NCBI GenBank assembly: GCA_034669905.1
Contig: JAXMOL010000010.1
Coordinates: 32,001 to 96,000 of the forward strand
Direction: 5' to 3'
Length of the DNA stretch: 64,000 nucleotides
Source of the DNA: Candidatus Hydrogenedentota bacterium
GTDB taxonomy: Bacteria > Hydrogenedentota > Hydrogenedentia > Hydrogenedentales > JAEUWI01
Of this stretch, positions 1 to 9,154 are shown piece after piece. The position numbers were made by a program, and so were the translations under genes. Numbering within the stretch: the stretch's first letter is position 1; each line of letters begins with the position of its first letter. Under the pieces are notes generated by a model that was given only the letters and a program-made list of their open reading frames with translations, ran no database searches and was not told where the DNA came from.

Positions 1-1561
1 GCCGTTCATTGAGGGAGCGGGGATTGATGACCGCGAGGGTATCGTACTCTTCCGGCAGGGGGCTTTCTTTCGTGAGTTCCACCCGCTCCACGGTGTACTT
101 TTCATACTCCAACACCTGCTGGAGATATTCGTAGGGGTCTTCGCTCTCGGGAATGGGCTGTCCCATCTGCATGAGAATCTGCTTCATCTGGGGATCAATA
201 TTGACCGCTTCCTTCGGCGCCACCAGGGCCACAACCGGGGCTTTTTCCCGGGTCATCTTGTGGATGGTGTTGACCAGCCGGTACTCCAACTCCTGCAGTG
301 ATTGGGGAACGATTTGGGGCAGGATTTCTTCGGCTTTGTCTTTGTAACCGACACCGATACTCGAATACACCAGCTTGCTGGTGACTTCATCCTGGCTCAT
401 GGCCTGCACGTTGAAGGGTTGGACACCTTTCTCCAACATGCGCTTTTCGATGACATCTTCTTCTTTTTCTTCGTCGTCTTCTTCTTCCGACTGGGCGGCC
501 ATGGGATCGGTGTAGGCATTGGCTACGTCGAGGTAGACCGTGGTGTAGTCCACCTTGCCATCGGCGGCCACCCGCATTTCTTCGAGCTTGTCAACGATGT
601 CCTGCTCGAGCTCTTTCATGCCCGTAGGCATTTTGTCTTTCGGCGTGATATAGACCTTGAGCTGTACCGGCGTATCCAGTTCCATGAGAATGTTCTTGGA
701 CGCCGGGGAGATGGTATAGATCTTGTCTTCGGTGAGGTCAAAACGGGCGATACTCGAACCCGCCATGAGGTAGTTGAAGAGGAGTCCAATGACCACGCTC
801 ATCGCAAGGGCACCGGCAAAGATCGTCTTGGCCCGGGGGCGGTTACGGCCGTCAATGTACATGACGTTCAACACGAGGAAGACCGTGGTCCACACCAGGA
901 AATACACCACGTCGGCCAAGTCAATGACGCCACGGGTGAAGGGACTGTAGTGTCCGAAGAGCCCCAGAAGGTCGGAGAGGAGCGAGCCCAGTCCGGGAAC
1001 CCGGTCATCGATATAGGAAGCGATGAATCCCGTGCCAACCAGAAAGAAGCTGAAACAGGTCAGCAACGTCACCGCAAAGGCCACGATCTGGTCTTTGAAG
1101 AATCCCGAGAAAAAGATACCCAGGGACAGGAAAAATCCGCCGAGGAGCACCGTGCCCAGGTATCCACCGAAAATGGCGCCCATGTCCGGCTTACCGAGGG
1201 ACATGAGCATGACGGGCACCGTAATTGTGCTGAGCAGGGTCAGCGCGAAGAAAACCAGCGCGGCAAAGAACTTGCCCAGCACCAGTTCACGGGCTTCCAT
1301 GGGGAAGGTCAGGAGCATTTCCCACGTATTCTCTTTGCGCTCTTCGGCCCAGATACGCATGGTAACGGCCGGCATGAACACGCAGAGCAAAAGAGGGAGG
1401 TTGTCGAAGTAGGGCCGCATGTCGGCCATGGGGAACGAGAAGAACTGGGTAATATAGAGGCCCACACTGATGGTCACAAAGACCATCATAAAGATGTAGC
1501 CTACGGGAGACGTAAAATATGCGCTCAGGTCGCGGCGCATAATCGCTTTGATGTTATTCAT
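1..1561 (-). CDS. ABC-2 permease (GldF-like) fused to GldG-like periplasmic domain; 3' end runs off the window
   Basis: Not in the ORF track (no stop in window). My translation from the ATG at 1561 gives MNNIKAIMRRDLSAYFTSPVGY..., MRIWAEERKENTWEMLLTFP, LVLGKF, several TM helices, then RFDLTEDKIYTISPAS (GldG N-terminal motif). Confidence 0.85.
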   Translation of the reverse strand, partial: MNNIKAIMRRDLSAYFTSPVGYIFMMVFVTISVGLYITQFFSFPMADMRPYFDNLPLLLCVFMPAVTMRIWAEERKENTWEMLLTFPMEARELVLGKFFAALVFFALTLLSTITVPVMLMSLGKPDMGAIFGGYLGTVLLGGFFLSLGIFFSGFFKDQIVAFAVTLLTCFSFFLVGTGFIASYIDDRVPGLGSLLSDLLGLFGHYSPFTRGVIDLADVVYFLVWTTVFLVLNVMYIDGRNRPRAKTIFAGALAMSVVIGLLFNYLMAGSSIARFDLTEDKIYTISPASKNILMELDTPVQLKVYITPKDKMPTGMKELEQDIVDKLEEMRVAADGKVDYTTVYLDVANAYTDPMAAQSEEEDDEEKEEDVIEKRMLEKGVQPFNVQAMSQDEVTSKLVYSSIGVGYKDKAEEILPQIVPQSLQELEYRLVNTIHKMTREKAPVVALVAPKEAVNIDPQMKQILMQMGQPIPESEDPYEYLQQVLEYEKYTVERVELTKESPLPEEYDTLAVINPRSLNER

Positions 1562-1576
1562 GCATCCGTTTCCTTG

Positions 1577-2527
1577 TTATTTCGTGGGGGCCTGGCCGGC
1601 TTTTTCGGTCAATGTGAGGAAGGTCTCTTCCAACGTGAGGGGCTTGTCGCCCAATTGCTTGACCTGCCACTTTTGGGCCTGGGCCAGATCGCTTACCTCG
1701 CGCCAGGGACTCACCCCCGCTTTGGTGTAGAGCAGGAATGCCGGGCAGCCTTCGGTATCATCGGCGCATTCCACATGGGAGACGCCGTCCAGGGCTTTCA
1801 GCTTGCTTTCCACTTCCTTGCGGTCGCCGGCCACGGAAATCGCGGTGCGCTCCCGGTCTTTGGCCTTGTGACGCAATTCGTCGAGGGTTCCGTCGCCCAC
1901 GATTTCTCCGTGGTTGATGATGACAATGCGATCGGCCGTGGTCTCCACTTCATGGAGGATGTGGGTGGAAAGGATAACGGTCTTCTCTTTGGCGAGATCG
2001 CTGATGAGATCGCGAATTTCGAGAATCTGATGGGGATCAAGGCCCGAAGTGGGTTCGTCGAGGATGATCACTTCCGGGTCATGAATCAGCGCCTGGGCGA
2101 TGCCCGTCCGCTGCTTATAGCCTTTGGAAAGCTCCCGAATGACCTTCCGGTACATGGGGCGCAGGCCCGTGGCGTCCAACACGGCATCGGTGCGCTCTTT
2201 GAGTTTCGCCCCGGAAAGTCCCCGTGCACTGCCCACGAAATTCAGGTAGGTCCGCACTTCCATATCCATGTAGAGGGGCAGCACCTCGGGCAGATACCCG
2301 ATCTTTTTCCGCACCGCCACCGGATCTTTCAGGACATCCACCCCGGCCACAATCGCCGTCCCACTGGAGGGATAGAGGTAGGTCGTGAGAATCTTCATGG
2401 TCGTCGATTTACCGGCGCCGTTGGGCCCCAGGAGGCCGACGACCTCGCCCCGGTTCACTTCAAACGACACATCATTGAGGGCTTTCACAGGCCCATAATG
2501 CATCGTCAGTCCACTTGCCTTGATCAT
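1577..2527 (-). CDS. ABC transporter ATP-binding protein (GldA-like)
   Basis: Walker A GPNGAGKS, signature LSKGYKQR, Walker B IILDEPT, STH switch; directly upstream of the permease. Confidence 0.92.
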   Translation of the reverse strand: MIKASGLTMHYGPVKALNDVSFEVNRGEVVGLLGPNGAGKSTTMKILTTYLYPSSGTAIVAGVDVLKDPVAVRKKIGYLPEVLPLYMDMEVRTYLNFVGSARGLSGAKLKERTDAVLDATGLRPMYRKVIRELSKGYKQRTGIAQALIHDPEVIILDEPTSGLDPHQILEIRDLISDLAKEKTVILSTHILHEVETTADRIVIINHGEIVGDGTLDELRHKAKDRERTAISVAGDRKEVESKLKALDGVSHVECADDTEGCPAFLLYTKAGVSPWREVSDLAQAQKWQVKQLGDKPLTLEETFLTLTEKAGQAPTK

Positions 2528-2625
2528 CTTGAACTGATCTCCTTCATCCGCATTTCGATTTCATGTGGTCTCAGGCCGGGGGCCCCTCGCCCCGTGCACA
2601 CTCCCTGTATAGACATGGCACGGCC

Positions 2626-2642
2626 TGCAAATTTCGTACCAA
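2626..2642 (-). promoter_or_regulatory. sigma54 (-24/-12) promoter for the ABC transporter operon
   Basis: Minus strand reads TTGGTACGAAATTTGCA (GG-N10-GC), about 100 bp upstream of the ATPase start. Confidence 0.65.
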
Positions 2643-2680
2643 GTAAGCAGACCGATGCCCCACCGCGCCAAGTCGCGTTT

Positions 2681-2693
2681 TATCAGGGAGTTG
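2681..2693 (+). promoter_or_regulatory. putative IHF binding site
   Basis: TATCAGGGAGTTG matches WATCAR-N4-TTR, about 40 bp upstream of the -24 element. Confidence 0.45.
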
Positions 2694-2820
2694 GGCAGTG
2701 TAGCACGCACCCCGAAGAGGCCGCAATGGCGTCCGCAGACCTGAAATGGGTTATTTCCTGCCCGTTTTGCGTCACGCCGTTGGCCGACCCGGCGCCGTCG
2801 ATCCCGGTTCCCTCAACCGG

Positions 2821-5800
2821 TCACTCCGCACGCGCAACGCGCCCCTTCTCTCCCCGCAATATCCGAAGGGTAATGGGCTGACTGAGATATTTCATGGCCC
2901 CATTGGAGGGGGCCTCGATACGGGCCTGAATATAGATCTCCCGCTCCATGGGAGCCACCCAGGGCTGCACGTAGAGGTTCATCGCCCGGTCCGTTTCGTT
3001 CTCACGGACGAGGATACCATTGAGCCCCGTGTCCATCACCGACACCCCATAAGGCAGGTTCAACACGTCAATGGGCGAGCGGCTCGTGAAACCGTTGAAA
3101 CGTTCCAGTTGGACCGCCAGGGGGGCGGAAGCCCCCTGAGACACCTCGATAAGGTCCGTGTCGGCATGCACAAAGAGATCGGGCTGGGGTGAAACCACGG
3201 TAATCGTTCCCATGGTGGCCGAATGCTCCCGTTTTCCCGCCTCCGTTTGGGCGGTCGCCCTGATAGTCACGGTTCCGTTTCGGGGGCTGGAGGCGGCACC
3301 GGCATCGGCCCAGAGCCGGAGGAAGATGCCCTCATCTTCGGGAAGCAAGACCCCCTGGCTGGCATGGACACCCTCCGGTAGTCCGTCCAGAGATACGGCA
3401 ATAGGCGCATCAAAACCATCCCGACGCGTCACGGTTACTTTCACCGGATAGGCCGAACCTTTGTGGATATTGACCCGATAGGTCCCCGCCGAGACCCGAA
3501 AGTCGGGGGCCTGCTCCCGGAGAATGAGGCGATAGGGGCGGGCTTCTCCTGTTCCTACGGCGTCGCGCACCCGCACGTAATAGGTGCGGGATTCCGTCGG
3601 CACGAAGTCCAGGCGGGCGTCGGAGGAAAGCCGCTCTTCGAAGAATCCGTCGTCGTTGCGCCAATGCACGGGAAAGACGGGCATACCGTTGGGCGGGAAG
3701 GTGGTGCCCGGCGGGTGCAGCTCTACCCGATAGACAGAAGAATACACTGCGTGGTGCTGGGGACTGGTGCCGAAGAGGCTCCGTCGCTGGCCCCCGACTC
3801 CTGCGAAGACCACATCTTCATCGGCGTAGTCGGGGATTTTTGCCACCCGAACGATTTCCCCACCGGCCATGACATAGTCATTCATCGCGAGGGCGGACCA
3901 GTCGTCGAGGCGCAGGCCCTGGCTACGGGAATCGCGGCTGAAGAGGGTCACGTGGGTTTCGGCCGTGCAATGGGCCACGGCCTGCTCAAGCACCGCACCT
4001 TCCTCATCCAATATCTCGATGACCGCGTCCAACGGCACCCCCAGGCGCTCCGACTGCACTTCCAACACCATCGTCGTGTGGGCAACGCCCTGAAATTGAT
4101 AGACATCCCAATCGCCCGCTTCCCCCACGTGGCCATTCGCCACCTCGTAGAGCTCCAGGGACGACGCATTCGCGACAGTATCATTCGGCTCTACCTCGAG
4201 GGCCTCTTTGCCATAGCCCACCCCAAGACGGGGGGCCGGGATAGGATTCCCCGCGACAGCGGGCAGCGGCAACGCCATGGTATCCCAGGGAGAATGGTCC
4301 GCAGGTGACGTCACGTCAATGCTTCCTGTTGCCGTTCCCAGATTAAACCCGGAGACCGCTACGGGCGTCGTCTTGCCCGGTGCGACGCCCAGGGGGAAAT
4401 AGTCAGTCACATAGGGGAAGGCCCCGACATGAAGTCGATAGCCCTGGTTATCCCCCAACTCGGGGTCACTGATAGCCAGGGTATAGACACCGTCGGCCGA
4501 TGCACGAAAGCCGAGATTACGACGGGCTTCCCCTGCCAGAGCACCATTGTCCGCCACGATCTCGGCGGCCTCATTCTGGAGGACCAGATCAGGCTCCAAG
4601 GAGGTGTCGGTCAGGGCGAATACAATCTCTTCGCCCGATTGAAGGGTCACGGTGTACCGATCCACTTCGCCTTTGGCACCAATCTTCCCCTGTACCACTG
4701 TCGGTCGCTCCTCCAGAGAATGGGCGTCCGCCGCCGAATCTTCCTGCTCATCTGCGCGGGACAAGACGGTGAACATCCGGGGTTCGGCGAGTCCGTAGGG
4801 CGTTTCGAGATAGAGCCACTGCCCCCCCGGAGGGGTGTCCTCGGGAATGGTCACCTTCAGCGTCAGGTCGTGGGGTACGGCGTTGTCGTAGATCTGAAGC
4901 CCCGTGCTCTCCGTATTAAAGGCAAAGTCGGGACGCTCCTGCGCCTCGTTGCGGATGATTTCCACGGAAAGATTCGACGTGAAGTAGGCCGTCGCCTCGG
5001 CCAGATTCTTACCCGTGAGGGTCATTTCCACTTCCCCACCCCGAACGACGCGCACCGGATTGAGGCTGTTAATTGTCGGGGGAACGGTACCGTCGATGTA
5101 GACCGTATCCACACTGACCCGCCCTGCCTGCTCCGTATTCTTTGCTTCCATGGGCGCGGCCGCCACCAGGATGGGACCTTCCGCGCTGCTGTAGGTCTTC
5201 TGCCCGTCCGCGGTCTGGTAAAGGGCGAGGGTTGTGTCGTACCGACCTGCAACGAGGTAGTCCCCCGCAGGACTGAGCGCCAGGGCCATGAGCCAGTCGG
5301 GCTGGGCCTCCAGGGTCTGGGTCGCCATCATGGTAGCGGTGTTCCATATTTTGACCAGGGCGTCTTCCCCCGAAGAGGCCAGTTGGGCGCCGTCCGGGGT
5401 ATAGGCCAGTAAGAGCACCGCCCCGTCATGGGCAAAGGTGGAATGGACCAACACGCCGGTGGAGGTACTCGATTGGGTAAACTGTTTCGCCGAGGCGGCG
5501 ACGTCCCAGATGTAAATACGCTTGTCGGCCGAGCCTGCCGCGAGGTAGCGTCCATCGGGCGAGAAGGTTACGGAGTGCACGGTCTTCTCCGCATCGGAAA
5601 AGGTGATCAGGCGTTTCCCCGTGGCCACATCCCAGAGCTTCACCGTACGGTCGCCCGCTCCGGTCGCGAGATAGGCGCCATCGGGCGAAAAGGCCAGGCT
5701 GTACACCGCATCCACGTGGTCGGTGAGATCGTTGCGAAGGGTGCCGTCGGCCACATTCCAAATCATGCCGTGCTTGTCATAGCTTGCGGTCGCGAGCAGT

Positions 5801-6573
5801 GTATCGTCCGGGCTGAAGGCTACGTCGAGCAGGTTATCCCGGTGGGCTTCGATACGACGGACCAACTGGCCCGATTGGGTGTCCCAAAGCAACACCTCGC
5901 CGTTTCGACCCGGCTTCCCTCCCGCTGCGGCCAACAGGGTGCCATCGCGGTTAAAATCCAGGGCCCGGACCTGATCGGCGTGTCCACTGAGCAACAGGGG
6001 CTCCCCATCCTCCAGGACGCCCTGACGAGCGCCGTAGAGGGCGACGGTCCGAAGGGCCCCGCGGGCGACCTTATCCCCCCGGGGCGACCAGGCGAGGGCA
6101 CTCACGGGGGACTCGGCCCACTGGGGATTCACTTCGGCCACCGGCGTGTCGGGGCTCGGCACGGGGCTTTCCCCACCGTCCAGTGCGCCCGCCACAATCC
6201 ATTTTTTGATCAGGTCGATTTCTTCGGACGGCAATTGCTTGAACTTTTCCTCCGGCGGCATGAAGGGCTCGGCGGTCCATTCAATCATGGCGACGAGGGG
6301 GCTCGCTTCCAAATCGCCTGGCGTGATGGCCACGCCGTTCTCTCCCCCCTGCATCATCAGGGCGTAGGTCGTCATATCCAACTTGCCCTTGGGCTTCTTG
6401 GGTGCATCGGGAAAATGACAGGGCGCGCAACGCTGCTGAAGGATAGGTGCAATATCCTTCTGGAAGGTCAGTACCGTCTCAGCACCGGCCATCGGCACGA
6501 AAGCTCCACCGATCAACAGGGGAAGGGCGGTCAATAGACTATTGCGGGTCGTGTACTTGGACTTTGATTTCAT
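2821..6573 (-). CDS. Secreted multidomain protein: planctomycete cytochrome c domain + WD40 propeller + PPC-like/Ig-like domains
   Basis: Signal peptide; FQKDIAPILQQRCAPCH (CxxCH); repeated GH..V..LAFSPDG..LA.G..D..VK.WD WD40 units; EVEPND and GDWDVYQF PPC-type motifs. Confidence 0.85.
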   Translation of the reverse strand: MKSKSKYTTRNSLLTALPLLIGGAFVPMAGAETVLTFQKDIAPILQQRCAPCHFPDAPKKPKGKLDMTTYALMMQGGENGVAITPGDLEASPLVAMIEWTAEPFMPPEEKFKQLPSEEIDLIKKWIVAGALDGGESPVPSPDTPVAEVNPQWAESPVSALAWSPRGDKVARGALRTVALYGARQGVLEDGEPLLLSGHADQVRALDFNRDGTLLAAAGGKPGRNGEVLLWDTQSGQLVRRIEAHRDNLLDVAFSPDDTLLATASYDKHGMIWNVADGTLRNDLTDHVDAVYSLAFSPDGAYLATGAGDRTVKLWDVATGKRLITFSDAEKTVHSVTFSPDGRYLAAGSADKRIYIWDVAASAKQFTQSSTSTGVLVHSTFAHDGAVLLLAYTPDGAQLASSGEDALVKIWNTATMMATQTLEAQPDWLMALALSPAGDYLVAGRYDTTLALYQTADGQKTYSSAEGPILVAAAPMEAKNTEQAGRVSVDTVYIDGTVPPTINSLNPVRVVRGGEVEMTLTGKNLAEATAYFTSNLSVEIIRNEAQERPDFAFNTESTGLQIYDNAVPHDLTLKVTIPEDTPPGGQWLYLETPYGLAEPRMFTVLSRADEQEDSAADAHSLEERPTVVQGKIGAKGEVDRYTVTLQSGEEIVFALTDTSLEPDLVLQNEAAEIVADNGALAGEARRNLGFRASADGVYTLAISDPELGDNQGYRLHVGAFPYVTDYFPLGVAPGKTTPVAVSGFNLGTATGSIDVTSPADHSPWDTMALPLPAVAGNPIPAPRLGVGYGKEALEVEPNDTVANASSLELYEVANGHVGEAGDWDVYQFQGVAHTTMVLEVQSERLGVPLDAVIEILDEEGAVLEQAVAHCTAETHVTLFSRDSRSQGLRLDDWSALAMNDYVMAGGEIVRVAKIPDYADEDVVFAGVGGQRRSLFGTSPQHHAVYSSVYRVELHPPGTTFPPNGMPVFPVHWRNDDGFFEERLSSDARLDFVPTESRTYYVRVRDAVGTGEARPYRLILREQAPDFRVSAGTYRVNIHKGSAYPVKVTVTRRDGFDAPIAVSLDGLPEGVHASQGVLLPEDEGIFLRLWADAGAASSPRNGTVTIRATAQTEAGKREHSATMGTITVVSPQPDLFVHADTDLIEVSQGASAPLAVQLERFNGFTSRSPIDVLNLPYGVSVMDTGLNGILVRENETDRAMNLYVQPWVAPMEREIYIQARIEAPSNGAMKYLSQPITLRILRGEKGRVARAE

Positions 6574-6645
6574 ACGGTCTCACTACCTTTGTCGGCAACG
6601 CGTTGATGCAGGCTGCGCTCGCCCTATGGCTTCGCACCATCCCGA

Positions 6646-9075
6646 TTAGTGGTTGTATAAGAACTCTTTGCTCGTCAAGAGGGCCCAGGCGATATCTTCG
6701 AGGGCACCCCGTCGTTCTTCTGCCGCTACCCCGTCGAGGGCGGAAACACAGGCCGCTTGCTCCGAAGGGGTGGGTGCGCGCCCGAAGGCACGCCGGAAGA
6801 TGGCCTCCACCGCCACCTCATCGGCCACCGCTTCCGCCACATAGTGCGTGAGGAATGACGCCTCGTCGCGCAATTTACTGTTCAGGGTGTCACCGTTGGC
6901 GAGGTGCAGGGTCTGGGCAATGCTCGCATCCTCCGTCCGCTCGCAGCTGCAGGTCTGGCGCCGTTCCGGACGCCCAAAGGCATCCAGAAAATAAGAGGCC
7001 ACCAACGAGTCGCGCAGTTGGAGCGCGCGGTATCCGGTAGGATAGCCCGCAAAGGCCGTGGGCACGCCGGTCACCTGGGCGTAGCTATCCAGTAGCACTT
7101 CCGCAGACAAACGGCGGGCTATATATTGGGAGTAGTGGATACGGTCCGGCTCCGCCCCCTCTGCCGCCTGGGCCGCCCGCTGGTAGGCCGCCGATTGCAT
7201 GATGGAACGCATGAGCCCTTTGAGATCATAACCTTGCTCCTGGAGGTCCAGGCACAGCGCGGACATGAGGGGTTCGTTGGTGGCGGGATTGGTCAGCCGC
7301 AAATCGTCCACAGGCTCCACCAGCCCCCGGCCCATGAAGTTTTTCCAGACCCGATTGACTATGGCCCGGGTGAAATAGGGATTCTCCGGTGCGGTCAGCC
7401 ACGTGGCCAGGGCGTCCCGGCGATCCTTACCGGGCTCATCCACCACCACGTCTCCGTCGAGCGGTTGGGGTGCCTTGGGCTTACCCCGCAGGGGATGGAG
7501 CACATCACCGAAACTGGCAGCCACCACATCGTTGCCACCCGACTTACCATTTTTTACGCGCACCCGGGAAAAGAGGTTGGCGAAGCCGTAGTACTGGTCC
7601 TGGGTCCATTTTTCCAGCGGGTGATTGTGGCACCGCGCGCAGGTAATGGACATCCCTAGAAAGGCCTGGGAGGTGGTTTCGGTCAGGTCGGGTATCTCAC
7701 GGTGCAATACAAAATAGTTCGCCGCACCGTTTTGCTGGGTGTTGCCCGTGGCGGTAACGATATCCCGCACAAAGGCATCCCACGGACGATTCTCTTCCAC
7801 CGCCTCGCGCACGAATCGGTAGAAGGCATTCAGCTCCTTGGAGTCCTTCAAATTCTTCGACGAAATAAGGAGCAGGTCCGACCATTGATAGGTCCAGTAG
7901 TCCACAAACTCCGGACGCGATAGAATGGTGTCGATGAGGGCCGCGCGCTTATCCGCGGCACCGTCTTCCAGGAAAGCGCTTACTTCTTCCGGCGTGGGCA
8001 AGATACCCAGGGTATCGATAAAGGCGCGGCGAATGAAGGTCGTGTCGTCACACAGTGCCGCCGGGGCAATGTTCAGCTGGGCCAGCTTGGCATGTATCCG
8101 CTCGTCGATATAATTGTGATTGGCTGCCACCTGGTAAACTTCGGGCGCCACCGCCTCGGCCCGGGGCACGTTTAATTCGGTGAGGGCCACCTTGCTCGCG
8201 TACCACGCGGTAATTGCTGCGGACCCGGCTTTTTGCACCGTAACCGTACCCGCCTCGTCGACCACCGCTACGGTATCTTCGCTGGTGTCGAACTTCACCC
8301 ACCGGGTCACGTCGCGCACCGTACCGTCGCCGTAGTGGGCCTGCACCAGCAGAGGTTGTTTCACTCCGGGCTGTAATTCCATGGACCCGGGCACGATCTC
8401 CAACCGCTCGAAGGCCGCATCTGACGGGTCGGGCCCCGGCGCGCCCTGACTGATCCAGTCGAAGAGAATGCGGTAGTCCAGGGAATCAGCGTCGAATCGT
8501 TGGCCCCCTTCATGGGGCACGTCCCCCAGGGGCTTGAGCAAAAACAGGCTGTCCGCCGGATTCACGGTGGAAATCCGACGGCCCTTCGCCTGGCGGGTCA
8601 GCACGTCGTGGTCGCGAAAGTGGTCGTAGCCCCGAAGGGAAAGGTTGAAGCCATTCTTACCCGACGCCGCTCCGTGACACGGTCCCGTGCTGCACCCGGT
8701 CTTGTAGAGCACGGGCTGTACGTCATTGACGAAACTCCGCACCGGAGGCGCCCCCGCGCCCGTCACGGTCACCCTTCGCGTTATGGCCTGGTCACCGACG
8801 GTCGCCGTAATGGTCACGTCGCCATCGGCGTGGGCGGTGAGCTTACCCCCCTCATCCACCGTGACGAGGGCTCCGTCCGAAGTGGCCCAGTGAATCGCCT
8901 CCGTCACGGGACCGGTCCAGTGGCCGTCCTCCCCCACGCCCAGTAGCAATTGATGTTCTTGACCTTGCTGTCGCAATTCGAGGGCCGGGGGCAGCAGCAG
9001 GAGTTCTCCGGCGGAAACTACGGCCGCCAGCACCACAAGGAGGGATAAGGATACCCAACGCATACTTCCAGTCAT
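6646..9075 (-). CDS. DUF1549/DUF1553 (PSD1) protein with Ig-like (Big_2) domains
   Basis: SFVNDVQPVL..GCSTGPCHG, FIRRAFIDTLGILPT, CARCHNHP, VNRVWKNFMGRGLVEPVDD, RRLSAEVLLD, C-terminal KEFLYNH. Start moved from 9111 to the ATG at 9075 (signal peptide follows). Confidence 0.88.
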   Translation of the reverse strand: MTGSMRWVSLSLLVVLAAVVSAGELLLLPPALELRQQGQEHQLLLGVGEDGHWTGPVTEAIHWATSDGALVTVDEGGKLTAHADGDVTITATVGDQAITRRVTVTGAGAPPVRSFVNDVQPVLYKTGCSTGPCHGAASGKNGFNLSLRGYDHFRDHDVLTRQAKGRRISTVNPADSLFLLKPLGDVPHEGGQRFDADSLDYRILFDWISQGAPGPDPSDAAFERLEIVPGSMELQPGVKQPLLVQAHYGDGTVRDVTRWVKFDTSEDTVAVVDEAGTVTVQKAGSAAITAWYASKVALTELNVPRAEAVAPEVYQVAANHNYIDERIHAKLAQLNIAPAALCDDTTFIRRAFIDTLGILPTPEEVSAFLEDGAADKRAALIDTILSRPEFVDYWTYQWSDLLLISSKNLKDSKELNAFYRFVREAVEENRPWDAFVRDIVTATGNTQQNGAANYFVLHREIPDLTETTSQAFLGMSITCARCHNHPLEKWTQDQYYGFANLFSRVRVKNGKSGGNDVVAASFGDVLHPLRGKPKAPQPLDGDVVVDEPGKDRRDALATWLTAPENPYFTRAIVNRVWKNFMGRGLVEPVDDLRLTNPATNEPLMSALCLDLQEQGYDLKGLMRSIMQSAAYQRAAQAAEGAEPDRIHYSQYIARRLSAEVLLDSYAQVTGVPTAFAGYPTGYRALQLRDSLVASYFLDAFGRPERRQTCSCERTEDASIAQTLHLANGDTLNSKLRDEASFLTHYVAEAVADEVAVEAIFRRAFGRAPTPSEQAACVSALDGVAAEERRGALEDIAWALLTSKEFLYNH

Positions 9076-9154
9076 GACCACGCTCTCTCTAACCCGTTCG
9101 CTCCTGCGCACAAAATACCGCAGAAGTCACGTTCCAACCATACCCGCCCCCTGA

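Noticed and set aside
2616..2629. TGGCACGGCCTGCA on the plus strand as a sigma54 promoter
   Set aside because: GG-to-GC spacing is 8, not 10, and no plus-strand gene follows; the minus-strand site fits.
302..2881. 859-aa plus-strand ORF, and similar long antisense ORFs (e.g. 14381-16399, 21370-22839, 49698-51170, 51628-53421, 60403-61788)
   Set aside because: They are shadows of well-supported genes on the opposite strand in GC-rich DNA and have no recognisable motifs.
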